Below the pieces are notes generated by a model. It ran no database searches. It saw only the letters and a program-made list of their open reading frames with translations, and was not told the DNA's origin. This document shows positions 1 to 8,930 of a stretch of 64,000 nucleotides of DNA, piece by piece (position 1 is the stretch's first letter; each line of letters opens with the position of its first letter). The position numbers and the translations under genes are program-made. Location of the stretch: the IMG/VR virus record IMGVR_UViG_3300043450_000376; one strand, given 5' to 3'. The stretch is from a virus. Its lineage: Duplodnaviria > Caudoviricetes.

Positions 1-55
1 TTTGAAGATATAATCTTTGGCTAGACCCCGGCTAGGGCCACTCCCTAGTAGACAA

Positions 56-110
56 TGTTAATAACTTTATTAAAAAACATTGTACTATGTCAAATAAAAG
101 TATTATATTT
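56..110 (+). promoter_or_regulatory. class I (early-type) promoter with upstream TGTTAATAAC box
   Basis: TGTTAATAAC at 56, TGTCA-N11-TATATTT at 88-110; upstream of the sigma gene. Confidence 0.7.
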
Positions 111-143
111 AAATTATAAATCAATCAATCTAAAAAAATAACT

Positions 144-860
144 ATGGCAAAATTTGAAGCATCAACCAACTTACCAGCATACTTTAAAAGTATTGACAAA
201 CTGGCGAAGCCTTTAAGCAAGGCTGCGGAAAAAGAATTAGCTATCCGGATTCAGGCCGGCGACGAGGCTGCAATGCACTCCCTAGTAAATGCTAACCTTA
301 AGTTCGCTGTCAGCTTAGCGAATAAGTTTATTGGACTAGGCTTGCCTGTCGACGATCTTATTATGGAAGCTAACTGCGGTCTTATCGAAGCTGCAAAGCG
401 TTTTACTCCAGAAAAAGATGTTAAGTTTATTACCTATGCACAGTTCTGGATTCGTAAGAAGTTAAATACTGCACTAGGCGAGTATGGTCGTACTGTACGA
501 TTACCTATGAATCAGGAATACGATATCTACAAGCGCAAAATGGCTGGCGAAGATATCAACTTAACTAATATTAGATTAGACAAGCCAATCGGCGAAGATG
601 GTTCTAATACCTTAGGCGATCTTATTCTTCGTGCAGAATTCGTGGATCCATTTGAAGAACAAAGCGTTGAGCAACAAGTTGCCGCAGTGTTAAGCAAATT
701 AAATGACCATGATCGCAAGGTAATCGAGACTTTCTATGGAATCGACAGAGGCGAAGCTCGCTCTGCTAAAGAAACTGCTGATGAATTAGGAATGGAAGTT
801 TCTAAAGTAAATCAAACTCTTCGATTAGCTCGTCACAAATTACGTAAAACTTTTAACTAA
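144..860 (+). CDS. sigma70-family RNA polymerase sigma factor
   Basis: Region 2 motif (DDLIMEANCGLIEAAKRFTPEKDVKFITYAQFWIR) and C-terminal region 4 HTH. Confidence 0.9.
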   Translation: MAKFEASTNLPAYFKSIDKLAKPLSKAAEKELAIRIQAGDEAAMHSLVNANLKFAVSLANKFIGLGLPVDDLIMEANCGLIEAAKRFTPEKDVKFITYAQFWIRKKLNTALGEYGRTVRLPMNQEYDIYKRKMAGEDINLTNIRLDKPIGEDGSNTLGDLILRAEFVDPFEEQSVEQQVAAVLSKLNDHDRKVIETFYGIDRGEARSAKETADELGMEVSKVNQTLRLARHKLRKTFN

Positions 861-876
861 TTAAATCCTAAAGAAA

Positions 877-1278
877 ATGTCAGATCAAATTAAACAATGG
901 ATAGCTAAAGGCTATGCGCTAGAAGTAACAGAAGTAATTATAGAGAATGATAAGGCAGGGGATCTAGATCAAGAAACTCTTTTACTTGATATAACTAATG
1001 CTGCACTGGAAAATATGAAGGATGATATAGTTCCTTTTGTAAATCCTAACTTGACTGAAGAGCAGGTCAGTGCAGTGATAGACTCTGCAGCGAAAGCCCA
1101 AATAAGAAATACTATTTCTGAAATGGTAGACGCTGGATTAATTGATGCAGCGCTTAGCGAATCAGGCGAGGTAATGTACAAGCAGTCTGCAAAAGGCGCA
1201 GCCTACGAAGACATGCTTCAAGATGGATTCATAAAGCCAGAAGACTTTACTAAACAATTAAAAGGAGGAAAACTATGA
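877..1278 (+). CDS. hypothetical protein, acidic
   Basis: ORF track; A-rich leader. Confidence 0.75.
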   Translation: MSDQIKQWIAKGYALEVTEVIIENDKAGDLDQETLLLDITNAALENMKDDIVPFVNPNLTEEQVSAVIDSAAKAQIRNTISEMVDAGLIDAALSESGEVMYKQSAKGAAYEDMLQDGFIKPEDFTKQLKGGKL

Positions 1279-1586
1279 TAAGTTATGTCGAAGAACAGGG
1301 TAGTATTGCAAGCGTGGTGCACGACAACGGGACCCGAACCCAGTTTGTATTAGGTAACTATGAACTTATAGGTTGGGATTCAGAAGAGGTCTGCTGCATG
1401 TCTCAAACAGGCGAGGTTAATTTCTTTACTGCAACCGGCGAGAATAGAGGTATGTATAGATTAGGATTACCCAATCAAGAACCTCTCTCTTTTAATAATG
1501 GTATATTACTTTACGAAGACCTTGGCCTAAGAGAAAAGTTTGCATATAATCGTCGCACAGGCGAAACCCGGCAGTCGAATCGATAG
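1275..1586 (+). CDS. hypothetical protein
   Basis: ORF track; ATGA overlap with upstream gene. Confidence 0.7.
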   Translation: MISYVEEQGSIASVVHDNGTRTQFVLGNYELIGWDSEEVCCMSQTGEVNFFTATGENRGMYRLGLPNQEPLSFNNGILLYEDLGLREKFAYNRRTGETRQSNR

Positions 1587-1623
1587 TACAATAATAGATA
1601 ATACTATAATATAACCAGGAATC

Positions 1624-1788
1624 ATGTCAGTAGGAACCTATTACTATTACTCAAAACTAGATAAATCAACCGAGGCTGTTGATAAAGTTTTTACAACTGG
1701 CAGATTGGCCGCCGCTAAACACTTCGCAAACCGTAAGAATCTGCCGCTAAAGGCATTCTTACAAATATGGGCAGTAAGCAAAAAATAA
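1624..1788 (+). CDS. small hypothetical protein (54 aa)
   Basis: Manual translation MSVGTYYYYSKLDK...WAVSKK; below the ORF-track cutoff. Confidence 0.6.
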   Translation: MSVGTYYYYSKLDKSTEAVDKVFTTGRLAAAKHFANRKNLPLKAFLQIWAVSKK

Positions 1789-1797
1789 TCTCGATGT

Positions 1798-1941
1798 ATG
1801 GATCCAAAAGAAAAAGAAGGGGCAGACTCAGCTGCGCAACAAGAGCTAGACCAATGGTTAAAGGATCTTGATAAAGAACTTGATAATCTTGAAGAAGAAC
1901 AAAAAGAGAGATGGGGACCAGATGGAAAACCTGAAGAATAA
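1798..1941 (+). CDS. small acidic hypothetical protein (47 aa)
   Basis: Manual translation MDPKEKEGADSAAQQELDQWL... Confidence 0.55.
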   Translation: MDPKEKEGADSAAQQELDQWLKDLDKELDNLEEEQKERWGPDGKPEE

Positions 1942-1943
1942 AA

Positions 1944-2010
1944 TGTTAATAACTTTTTTAAAAATAAATGAACCTGGATTTTTTTAATTCAGGTTTTTTT
2001 ATTATATTTA
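1944..2010 (+). promoter_or_regulatory. class I promoter with embedded hairpin; 65-bp exact direct repeat of 7579-7643
   Basis: TGTTAATAAC at 1944, TATATTT at 2003; 1944-2008 is identical to 7579-7643. Confidence 0.75.
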
Positions 2011-2037
2011 CATATAACAAACTAACAAAGATATAAT

Positions 2038-2319
2038 ATGAACTACTCACAAATCCTTTCTCAAATCAACACCCTTTCTACTGCTGACCTTTCAAAGTTA
2101 AATGCAGATCTTATTGACATTATTAAATTACGTCGCAGACAAGAAGCGCGTATGGTAAAACGTTCTTTAATAATTGGGATGTCGGTTAGAGTTAACCATC
2201 CTAAAGCTGCGGGTAAAACGTTCGAAGTTGTTAAAATCAACCGCACCAAAATACATTTAAAAGAAGCTGGTAAATTAGGCATTATAATCGCTCCACTTAG
2301 TTTGACTGAGGCAATTTAA
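2038..2319 (+). CDS. hypothetical protein (C-terminal SH3-like beta region)
   Basis: ORF track; directly behind a class I promoter. Confidence 0.75.
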   Translation: MNYSQILSQINTLSTADLSKLNADLIDIIKLRRRQEARMVKRSLIIGMSVRVNHPKAAGKTFEVVKINRTKIHLKEAGKLGIIIAPLSLTEAI

Positions 2320-2335
2320 TAATAAACAAATCAAT

Positions 2336-2647
2336 ATGAAAATGACAAGAGAAGAACAGATTAACATCGTAAGGGCAGAGGTAGAAATATACCTTGATAA
2401 TAATGCTCAATGGACAGAACTCGTCGACCTATCGGAAAGTGAAAGAGTTCATATTATTGATATAGGAACCTCGATTCTCTGCACTAAGTGGAAGGTAGGA
2501 TATGAAGGTGGAAGCTTTGTACAGAGCTTTGTTGCTAACGATCTTATGGGTGCGATTGGTCGCGCAGATTATACAACATACAAAGGATTAAAATTCTTTG
2601 CAAACTTAGTCTATAATGTAGGAATACCAACTAAACTATTAAAATAA
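2336..2647 (+). CDS. hypothetical protein
   Basis: ORF track. Confidence 0.75.
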   Translation: MKMTREEQINIVRAEVEIYLDNNAQWTELVDLSESERVHIIDIGTSILCTKWKVGYEGGSFVQSFVANDLMGAIGRADYTTYKGLKFFANLVYNVGIPTKLLK

Positions 2648-2653
2648 AAAGAT

Positions 2654-2893
2654 ATGAAGATACACGAAAAGGCGAGAGCCTATGACGAATTAATGAAGGA
2701 TATAGATTCCTTTATTACTCAATTAGAGGAACACTCTAACTCCATTAAAGAAATCGATAAGGACGAAACTGGTAAAGACGGGATGGGATATTATCCTATG
2801 AAAGTAGGTCGTCTCGTTGGAAGCAACTTTGGTCTAGAGCTAAAGATTCAAAAAATGGTGGGTATATTAGAATGGTATAAGAAATTAAAGTAA
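2654..2893 (+). CDS. hypothetical protein
   Basis: ORF track. Confidence 0.7.
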   Translation: MKIHEKARAYDELMKDIDSFITQLEEHSNSIKEIDKDETGKDGMGYYPMKVGRLVGSNFGLELKIQKMVGILEWYKKLK

Positions 2894-2914
2894 TCAATTA
2901 AATCAAATATAACT

Positions 2915-3217
2915 ATGGCAAAACTAAGCTTTAACCCTGGATCAGGAACCTCGTTCCACGACACTGTAATTACATGTTCTTATAACCAATTAGCCCAAGC
3001 AATTGGTGAGCCCCAGCATAGCGATAATACTGGCGAGGATAAAGTAAACTTCGACTGGAGGTGCGAGTTGGAAGACGGACAGATATTTACAATTTATGAT
3101 TGGAAAGAGTATAGACCAATTGGGAAAGACGAAATGATTGAATGGCATATTGGTGGTTACAACCATATTGTTACAGAGCAAGCTCTCATTGAGTTGACAG
3201 CACTCTTAGCACAGTAA
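2915..3217 (+). CDS. phage hypothetical protein
   Basis: ORF track; DKVNFDW/FTIYDWK/WHIGG motifs resemble a common phage family. Confidence 0.75.
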   Translation: MAKLSFNPGSGTSFHDTVITCSYNQLAQAIGEPQHSDNTGEDKVNFDWRCELEDGQIFTIYDWKEYRPIGKDEMIEWHIGGYNHIVTEQALIELTALLAQ

Positions 3218-3341
3218 TATAGTTTCTATTATATCAAGAAATATAATCCAACAGGAGTGTCCCAGCGACCTCCTGTTCTGGGTTAGTATTAAAACCTTTT
3301 GGCTTATTCTAATAAAAGATATCAAAATAATACTTATATTC

Positions 3342-3701
3342 ATGTTTAAAGCGATCGCAAACTGGTTTAAAGGATTGTTAGGTAAAGCAGAACAAGAAGT
3401 AGTTAAGGACAAGCAAGTAGTAGATTCATTCGAGAAATGGTCAACTGTTGTTAATGAGATTCCTAAAGCAAAAGTTGAAGAGGTTAAAAAACCTTATCCA
3501 ATCGTAGCCGAAGAAACTGTAAAGCCTGCCCCTACTAAAGCTGAGAAGAACTCTCGTAAGAAAGATTCAACGAAGCCTGCTAAAGAGACAACTAAGACAA
3601 CTGCAAAGACGTCTAAGCCCTCTACAAAACCTGCGCAGAAGGCTGGCAAGCCAGCTGCAAAGACTACACCTAAGTCCAATACAACTAACACAACTAAGTA
3701 A
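3342..3701 (+). CDS. Lys/Thr/Pro/Ala-rich low-complexity basic protein
   Basis: C-terminal KPAK/KTT repeats, histone-H1-tail-like composition. Confidence 0.7.
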   Translation: MFKAIANWFKGLLGKAEQEVVKDKQVVDSFEKWSTVVNEIPKAKVEEVKKPYPIVAEETVKPAPTKAEKNSRKKDSTKPAKETTKTTAKTSKPSTKPAQKAGKPAAKTTPKSNTTNTTK

Positions 3702-3928
3702 TGGTAAAGACACTAGTACTACACAGAGAAGACACAAAGGTAATATATTGCCTAGGTGGTGGCGAAGAAATCCAATTGAATAATGCGGTAATCCGTATTA
3801 CATTTCCGGAAACTACTCGTCAAATTAAGACCATTTCGTTTGGCACTCAAGAAGAAGCAGACTCTGCTTTTAAGGAGATTCAAGACTGGCTTGCTAGCAC
3901 GCTAGCCCAGTTGGTTATGGAACTATAA
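3701..3928 (+). CDS. hypothetical protein
   Basis: ORF track; TAATG coupling. Confidence 0.65.
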   Translation: MVKTLVLHREDTKVIYCLGGGEEIQLNNAVIRITFPETTRQIKTISFGTQEEADSAFKEIQDWLASTLAQLVMEL

Positions 3929-3932
3929 GAAT

Positions 3933-4000
3933 TGTTAATAACTTTTCTTAAAATAAGTCCTCAAAGATTTTTTTCTTTGAGGATTTTTTATTATATTAGC
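3933..4000 (+). promoter_or_regulatory. class I promoter with embedded perfect inverted repeat
   Basis: TGTTAATAAC at 3933; TCCTCAAAGA/TCTTTGAGGA; TATATTAG at 3992. Confidence 0.7.
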
Positions 4001-4026
4001 TCTATAACCAATTAACTAAAGAAGAT

Positions 4027-4182
4027 ATGTGGACACTAGATTGCAGCTACTACAAGAAAGAATTCTCAACTCTACAAGAACTTATCGATGATGTCATGTC
4101 CAGCGGCATGGATCCAAATTACGAGATCCTGCGAGATGGCAAGCCTACGGGCGAAGAGCTATGGGATTTTATAGTCCCATAA
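4027..4182 (+). CDS. small hypothetical protein (51 aa)
   Basis: Manual translation MWTLDCSYYKKEFSTLQELIDDVMSSGMDPNYEI... Confidence 0.7.
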   Translation: MWTLDCSYYKKEFSTLQELIDDVMSSGMDPNYEILRDGKPTGEELWDFIVP

Positions 4183-4270
4183 TTTTTTGAAAATACGTGC
4201 TCAAATATTTTTTACTGTCAATTATTTTTATTATATTAGCTTTATATTAATCAACTAAACCCTTAAATGT

Positions 4271-4489
4271 ATGTATGTAATTATTAATCTTAATCACGAT
4301 GGTGATTCCTATTTCTTAACTGAAAACCTAGACAAAGCCCAAGCGGAGTTTAATGAGTGTTGCAAAGAAGACGAATATAACTTCAAAGTAATCCTATGTC
4401 GTCCAACTCTTGAAGGAACATTTGGATTTGGAAGTCGTGGCGAACTTTATGGTGCGGAGATCATTGAAGAATGGGAGAGAGAAGATTAG
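4271..4489 (+). CDS. hypothetical protein, acidic
   Basis: ORF track; preceded by TGTCA...TATATTAG at 4216-4239. Confidence 0.7.
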   Translation: MYVIINLNHDGDSYFLTENLDKAQAEFNECCKEDEYNFKVILCRPTLEGTFGFGSRGELYGAEIIEEWERED

Positions 4490-4501
4490 TCTCTCCCAAA
4501 T

Positions 4502-4568
4502 TGTTAATAACTTTATGAAAATAATTAATAAAAAGTTTTTTACTGTCAAATAAAAGTATTATATTTAC
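4502..4568 (+). promoter_or_regulatory. class I promoter
   Basis: TGTTAATAAC at 4502; TGTCA-N11-TATATTTAC. Confidence 0.75.
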
Positions 4569-4593
4569 TCTATAACCAATTAAAAAATAACAT

Positions 4594-5010
4594 ATGTCAA
4601 ATCAAATCGTGTTCGCCCGTTTCGGAATGGGACCAGACCCAAGAGTTTCAGAAGTATTAATGTCTGAAATTATTTTAAACAAAACTGACGCAAAAATTCT
4701 TCCACTTCCTGGAATTATTATCTCAGTTTTTAAAAGTGAGTTGACACCAACTCAAATTCGGGATCGTTTTAAAAACGATAGTGAGTTAAATGAAGTTCCA
4801 TTTATGGTTACGACCTTAGAAGATTTCGATATTAATCTTCCAGAAAAAATTCGTAAATCAGTTTTTGGTTTAGGTGAAACCTCATCACCAACAAGTTCCA
4901 CATCACACTTAACAATGGATGACTTATTGGAATTGATTTCAGTTAAAGGTTTAAGTGGACTAACCGTCGACGAAAAATCCAGACTCGATGTATTACGAAG
5001 TGAGTTTTAG
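4594..5010 (+). CDS. hypothetical protein
   Basis: ORF track. Confidence 0.75.
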   Translation: MSNQIVFARFGMGPDPRVSEVLMSEIILNKTDAKILPLPGIIISVFKSELTPTQIRDRFKNDSELNEVPFMVTTLEDFDINLPEKIRKSVFGLGETSSPTSSTSHLTMDDLLELISVKGLSGLTVDEKSRLDVLRSEF

Positions 5011-5033
5011 TTTAGTAGTTAATTGATAGAATT

Positions 5034-5060
5034 GGGAGAGCGAAAGTTCTCCCTTTTTTT
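5034..5060 (+). terminator. intrinsic terminator
   Basis: GGGAGAGC-GAAA-GTTCTCCC followed by a T-run. Confidence 0.8.
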
Positions 5061-5127
5061 GTTAATAACTTTTTGAAAAATAATTGACCCCAGATTTTTT
5101 AGTTTGGGGTTTTTTGTTTATATTTAC
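5060..5127 (+). promoter_or_regulatory. class I promoter with no downstream ORF
   Basis: TGTTAATAAC at 5060; TATATTTAC at 5119. Confidence 0.65.
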
Positions 5128-5223
5128 TATGTCAATCAATCAATAAGACGGGACGGTTCTGAACAAGGAAGCGGGAGGTATACTCCGACCTACCTCTATA
5201 TTTGGCTAGGATTACAGGAAAAT

Positions 5224-5290
5224 TGTTAATAACTTTTTGAAAATAAGTGTATAAAAGTTTTTTATTGTCAAACTAATTGCTTATATTTAC
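5224..5290 (+). promoter_or_regulatory. class I promoter
   Basis: TGTTAATAAC at 5224; TGTCA...TATATTTAC at 5282. Confidence 0.75.
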
Positions 5291-5313
5291 TTAACCAATT
5301 AACTTAACTACAT

Positions 5314-5826
5314 ATGACAAATCAAATCAGAGCAGCTCGGCCAAACCTTAATCCAAAGTCACTACCAACCTTGGCGCTTGCAGGTAGAGCCAACATCACC
5401 TTCCGCAATAATGAACAACTTACCCACATGAACGTGCGTATCAAGCAGTTACGTGACAAGGAGGATCGCAAAAAGATGCTGCCTATTTACTACGTCAATA
5501 TCTCTCTATTGGCGGACGGGCGTAGCGGTCATCAGTTTGCAGGTACCCTATTTGCCGAGCCCTTAACCTATGTATTGGGCAAAGGAGTTACACCAAGCTC
5601 GCGACTGGCACAGGCTCTAGGCTGGGTGGTAGCTGCTATTAAGGACCCTACAATTTTGGGAACCCGAGTAGGTCTATTTCATAATGGGACCTGCTGCAAA
5701 TGTGGCTTGCCATTAACCCATCCAGAAAGTATCAATACTGCAATGGGACCTGTTTGTTTGGAGAGAGTAAAAGCCGCAATGACATCAGTAGACTTTTTCG
5801 ACACCTTTACCCCAATCGGGGTATAG
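5314..5826 (+). CDS. hypothetical protein with C-terminal Zn-binding DUF6011-like domain
   Basis: CCKCGLPLTHPESINTAMGPVC motif. Confidence 0.7.
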   Translation: MTNQIRAARPNLNPKSLPTLALAGRANITFRNNEQLTHMNVRIKQLRDKEDRKKMLPIYYVNISLLADGRSGHQFAGTLFAEPLTYVLGKGVTPSSRLAQALGWVVAAIKDPTILGTRVGLFHNGTCCKCGLPLTHPESINTAMGPVCLERVKAAMTSVDFFDTFTPIGV

Positions 5827-5843
5827 GTTATACTTAGTTACAG

Positions 5844-5910
5844 TGTTAATAACTTTTTGAAAATAAGTAACAAAAAGTTTTTTACTGTCAAATAAAAGTA
5901 TTATATTTAC
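5844..5910 (+). promoter_or_regulatory. class I promoter
   Basis: TGTTAATAAC at 5844; TGTCA-N11-TATATTTAC. Confidence 0.75.
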
Positions 5911-5935
5911 TTATAACTAATTAAAACAAATAAAG

Positions 5936-6187
5936 ATGATTTTTCAAATAAAAAACGAAAGCAACGAGGTTGGACTGTTAAAAGTCGTTGAATGTATAGG
6001 AAATACCTGGTCTCCCGAGTCATATGGTGATATTATCAGTAAGTCATTAAAACTCTTTTCTGAAATAGGAGAGGCCGATGGATGGGATGTTGATGATCTT
6101 GATGATTTTGTGGAATTCAACAATCTGAGAAACGTATTAATTTTGGAGCATTTTTTTATAGTGGACGAAATACAATTTTATCAATAA
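5936..6187 (+). CDS. hypothetical protein, acidic
   Basis: ORF track. Confidence 0.7.
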   Translation: MIFQIKNESNEVGLLKVVECIGNTWSPESYGDIISKSLKLFSEIGEADGWDVDDLDDFVEFNNLRNVLILEHFFIVDEIQFYQ

Positions 6188-6229
6188 AATACTTATATTT
6201 ACTTTATAATCAATTAAACTATATACAAT

Positions 6230-6643
6230 ATGCAAGAAAATCAAGTAACTTTAGTGGACCAAATGTACGCATGGGGTCAAGGTGAATCAGCTCTCTACCC
6301 GCACTGTCATGACTTCTATGACTGGTTCTGTAGCGATGCTTCGCTCGATCGTAGAGCTAAATCCCTTCAGAGCAAGGTAATCAAGTTGGTAAAGTACTTT
6401 TGCAAAAATGGAAATCCAATCGATTGCAGCAAGGTGTATGTATTCTTTAAGAATAACTGTCCAATGGGCGGACCGCTTTATGATTCATTCTCTATCTGTG
6501 ATCGCGAATCAGGTGATGTTCTCTTTTGGGTAACTCCTAAATCCGGTCATAGCGGTAAAGCTGAAATCTTTTCACGCGCAAAGGGATTTAGCGATCCTTT
6601 GGCCGAAGCTGATAATTTCTCTCAACTCTTAAAATCTATCTAA
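6230..6643 (+). CDS. phage hypothetical protein
   Basis: ORF track; FYDWFC/FKNNCP/LYDSF motifs. Confidence 0.75.
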   Translation: MQENQVTLVDQMYAWGQGESALYPHCHDFYDWFCSDASLDRRAKSLQSKVIKLVKYFCKNGNPIDCSKVYVFFKNNCPMGGPLYDSFSICDRESGDVLFWVTPKSGHSGKAEIFSRAKGFSDPLAEADNFSQLLKSI

Positions 6644-6645
6644 CT

Positions 6646-6831
6646 ATGGCAACACAAGAAGCAATCGATGAAGCAATCGCGATATGGGGTCAAGACGCAG
6701 TCTATCAAGCAATGGAGGTCGTAGCAATGTCAGACCCCGATGGGGCCTACACAATGTTCGAAGATCTAGGAATCTTTGATCAAGCCGAGGTAGTAGAATT
6801 CCTCTATTTCGATGGGGCAGGTAATGAATAA
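6646..6831 (+). CDS. small acidic hypothetical protein
   Basis: ORF track. Confidence 0.65.
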   Translation: MATQEAIDEAIAIWGQDAVYQAMEVVAMSDPDGAYTMFEDLGIFDQAEVVEFLYFDGAGNE

Positions 6832-6881
6832 AGAGACTCCGTAGTAAGTATAATAATATTAATCAATTAAATCAAAGAACA

Positions 6882-7262
6882 ATGGGATTAGACATGTATG
6901 CACAGGTTCGCAGTAACAAGCCAAAAACTGCAGTAGACTTTAAAACTGAAGAAGGTGTTGAAGATCAGGAGTTACACTACTGGCGTAAGCACCCTAACCT
7001 GCACGGTTGGATGGAAAACCTATACTACCTTAAGGGCGGTACGGCCGAGAGTTTCAACTGCGTAAACGTGCTAATTGAGTCAGATGACTTAGACCAGTTA
7101 GAGCGTCATATTAAAGAGCGTCACCTACCTCAAACCGCTGGATTCTTTTTTGGTAATAGCCAATCCGATGAGCGTGAGATAGAAGACGATCTACAGTTTA
7201 TTAAAGAGGCGAGGAGAACGATCGCGGCTGGAGAGTATGTCTACTATACTTCATGGTGGTAG
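6882..7262 (+). CDS. conserved phage hypothetical protein (MGLDMY...YWRK...LHGWM family)
   Basis: MGLDMY, YWRKHPNLHGWME, LPQTAGFFFG, YYTSWW motifs. Confidence 0.8.
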   Translation: MGLDMYAQVRSNKPKTAVDFKTEEGVEDQELHYWRKHPNLHGWMENLYYLKGGTAESFNCVNVLIESDDLDQLERHIKERHLPQTAGFFFGNSQSDEREIEDDLQFIKEARRTIAAGEYVYYTSWW

Positions 7263-7305
7263 GCCCGCCTGCCCACTCCCTAGTAGATTAGGTATATTAA
7301 TAACT

Positions 7306-7314
7306 AGATAAATA
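7306..7314 (+). promoter_or_regulatory. class III (late-type) promoter AGATAAATA
   Basis: One-base variant of the T4 late promoter TATAAATA, 9 nt before the ATG. Confidence 0.55.
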
Positions 7315-7322
7315 ACCCATAC

Positions 7323-7577
7323 ATGAACGAAATAAAAAGAGACCTTAAGACTTCACAAATGCTAGCCGAGCTGGTAAGTCTTCGTCATACAGATTTCGAT
7401 GCATTTATGAATCTGTTATATGATGCACTACAGCGCGAACTTAGCGGTGCTATCTTTGATGAGACTCCACTTACTGAAAAACAGGAAGCACTCAACTCAA
7501 TGATTCAATACTTTCAAGATAAGGAAGAATACGAGAAGTGTGCAGTGCTTAGGGACATGGTCCTAACGATCGAATAA
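7323..7577 (+). CDS. hypothetical protein with C-terminal UVR (UvrB/UvrC) coiled-coil motif
   Basis: YFQDKEEYEKCAVLRD. Confidence 0.65.
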   Translation: MNEIKRDLKTSQMLAELVSLRHTDFDAFMNLLYDALQRELSGAIFDETPLTEKQEALNSMIQYFQDKEEYEKCAVLRDMVLTIE

Positions 7578-7578
7578 T

Positions 7579-7646
7579 TGTTAATAACTTTTTTAAAAAT
7601 AAATGAACCTGGATTTTTTTAATTCAGGTTTTTTTATTATATTAGC
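7579..7646 (+). promoter_or_regulatory. class I promoter, second copy of the 65-bp repeat
   Basis: Identical to 1944-2008. Confidence 0.7.
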
Positions 7647-7757
7647 TTATGTAGTTTAGACCCCAGCCGGACTCCGTAGTAAATAGATAACTAAAGAGCA
7701 GTGCCAAAAACTACTCTACATTAGTATAATAATAGTAATCAATTAAAAATCAAACAT

Positions 7758-8876
7758 ATGACAGGAAAAAAAGAAGTCCAAGTCCGCAAGTATTTCTCAC
7801 AGGAATTCGGCGGCGAAGTTCCAACCGGCAAGGTATTGGATCTATTCCAAAACTTTCAGACCCATCCTCTAGGCGAGGGTATCTCTTATTCGCTCTTTAA
7901 CGGAGTTATAAAGAAGTTACGCGGTCCACAAACCCCAGCTGATGTAACACAAACCAGCCGAGTAGTTGCAACACCAGCTGCAGCAACCAAGGATTTTGAA
8001 TTAGAGATTGTCGAGATTGGCAATATGGAATTTCCTGATTTTAAATGCTTTAAGACTGGTACCCTATTAGACAAGTTATTTTCAGACCACGAAGATGGCG
8101 GAGGTATCTATGGTGGTACTGCTAATATTGTAATCGGCGAGTCGGGCGTGGGTAAATCAACTGTAATGCTAGATGTTCTTGCTAAGATTAAGCGTAATCA
8201 ACCTGAAGCAAAGATCCTCTATATCTCTAGCGAAATGACTCGTAATGATCTCTTCTTCTACTACAGTAAAATGCCGATTATTGCCGAGGTTCCTACCTTA
8301 CTCTTAATGGATTATATCCAAACGGGTTTTGTGAAAGCAATTGAAAAGGCCTTGACTGGAGAACACGATGTAATCCTTATTGACTCGCACCAAGATATTA
8401 TTGTAAAGCTAAAGGATGTCTTAGGCTGGAAGTCAACCTATGCAGAGGCATGGTTAACTAATCTTGTAATCAAAGCTGCAGACGGTATGGGTAAATCAAT
8501 CTTCTGTATTCAACACATGACAAAGGGCGGTACCTATGTAGGAAGTACTTATCTTAAACATGCGACTACCTCAATGATGGAGATTAAGTTTGGCCCAGGC
8601 AATCGCAGATACTTAGAGTTCACAAAGAACCGTAGAGGCGGCAGCTTAGTAAATAAACCCCTCTTCTATTCAATGGCAGATGGTCAAGTAGTTTACGATC
8701 AAGCAAGTTGGGATCTTCAAATCCGAGCTGAGGATGTTGCACATACCGAAGAGGCAAGGCGAGAAGAATTAGAGAGCGAGTTTGATGCTCTATTTCTAAG
8801 CGCAACCTTAGCAACCTCATCAGTAGAGGAGCCAACTGAATTTACTGAAGAAAATAAAGTTGAGGTAGAGCAGTAA
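7758..8876 (+). CDS. RecA-superfamily ATPase, RadA/Sms-like
   Basis: Walker A GESGVGKST, Walker B ILIDS, QHMTKGGTYVGS, KNRRG; lacks the RadA Zn finger and Lon-like domain. Confidence 0.8.
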   Translation: MTGKKEVQVRKYFSQEFGGEVPTGKVLDLFQNFQTHPLGEGISYSLFNGVIKKLRGPQTPADVTQTSRVVATPAAATKDFELEIVEIGNMEFPDFKCFKTGTLLDKLFSDHEDGGGIYGGTANIVIGESGVGKSTVMLDVLAKIKRNQPEAKILYISSEMTRNDLFFYYSKMPIIAEVPTLLLMDYIQTGFVKAIEKALTGEHDVILIDSHQDIIVKLKDVLGWKSTYAEAWLTNLVIKAADGMGKSIFCIQHMTKGGTYVGSTYLKHATTSMMEIKFGPGNRRYLEFTKNRRGGSLVNKPLFYSMADGQVVYDQASWDLQIRAEDVAHTEEARREELESEFDALFLSATLATSSVEEPTEFTEENKVEVEQ

Positions 8877-8930
8877 CTCTGCCTACTTCTTTAGTATAAT
8901 AGTATTAACCAAAAAAACCAAATAAAATAT

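Noticed and set aside
3250-3282. Pseudoknot (AACAGGAG/CTCCTGTT with CCCAG/CTGGG)
   Set aside because: No linker between stem 1 and the second pairing strand; more simply an intergenic hairpin.
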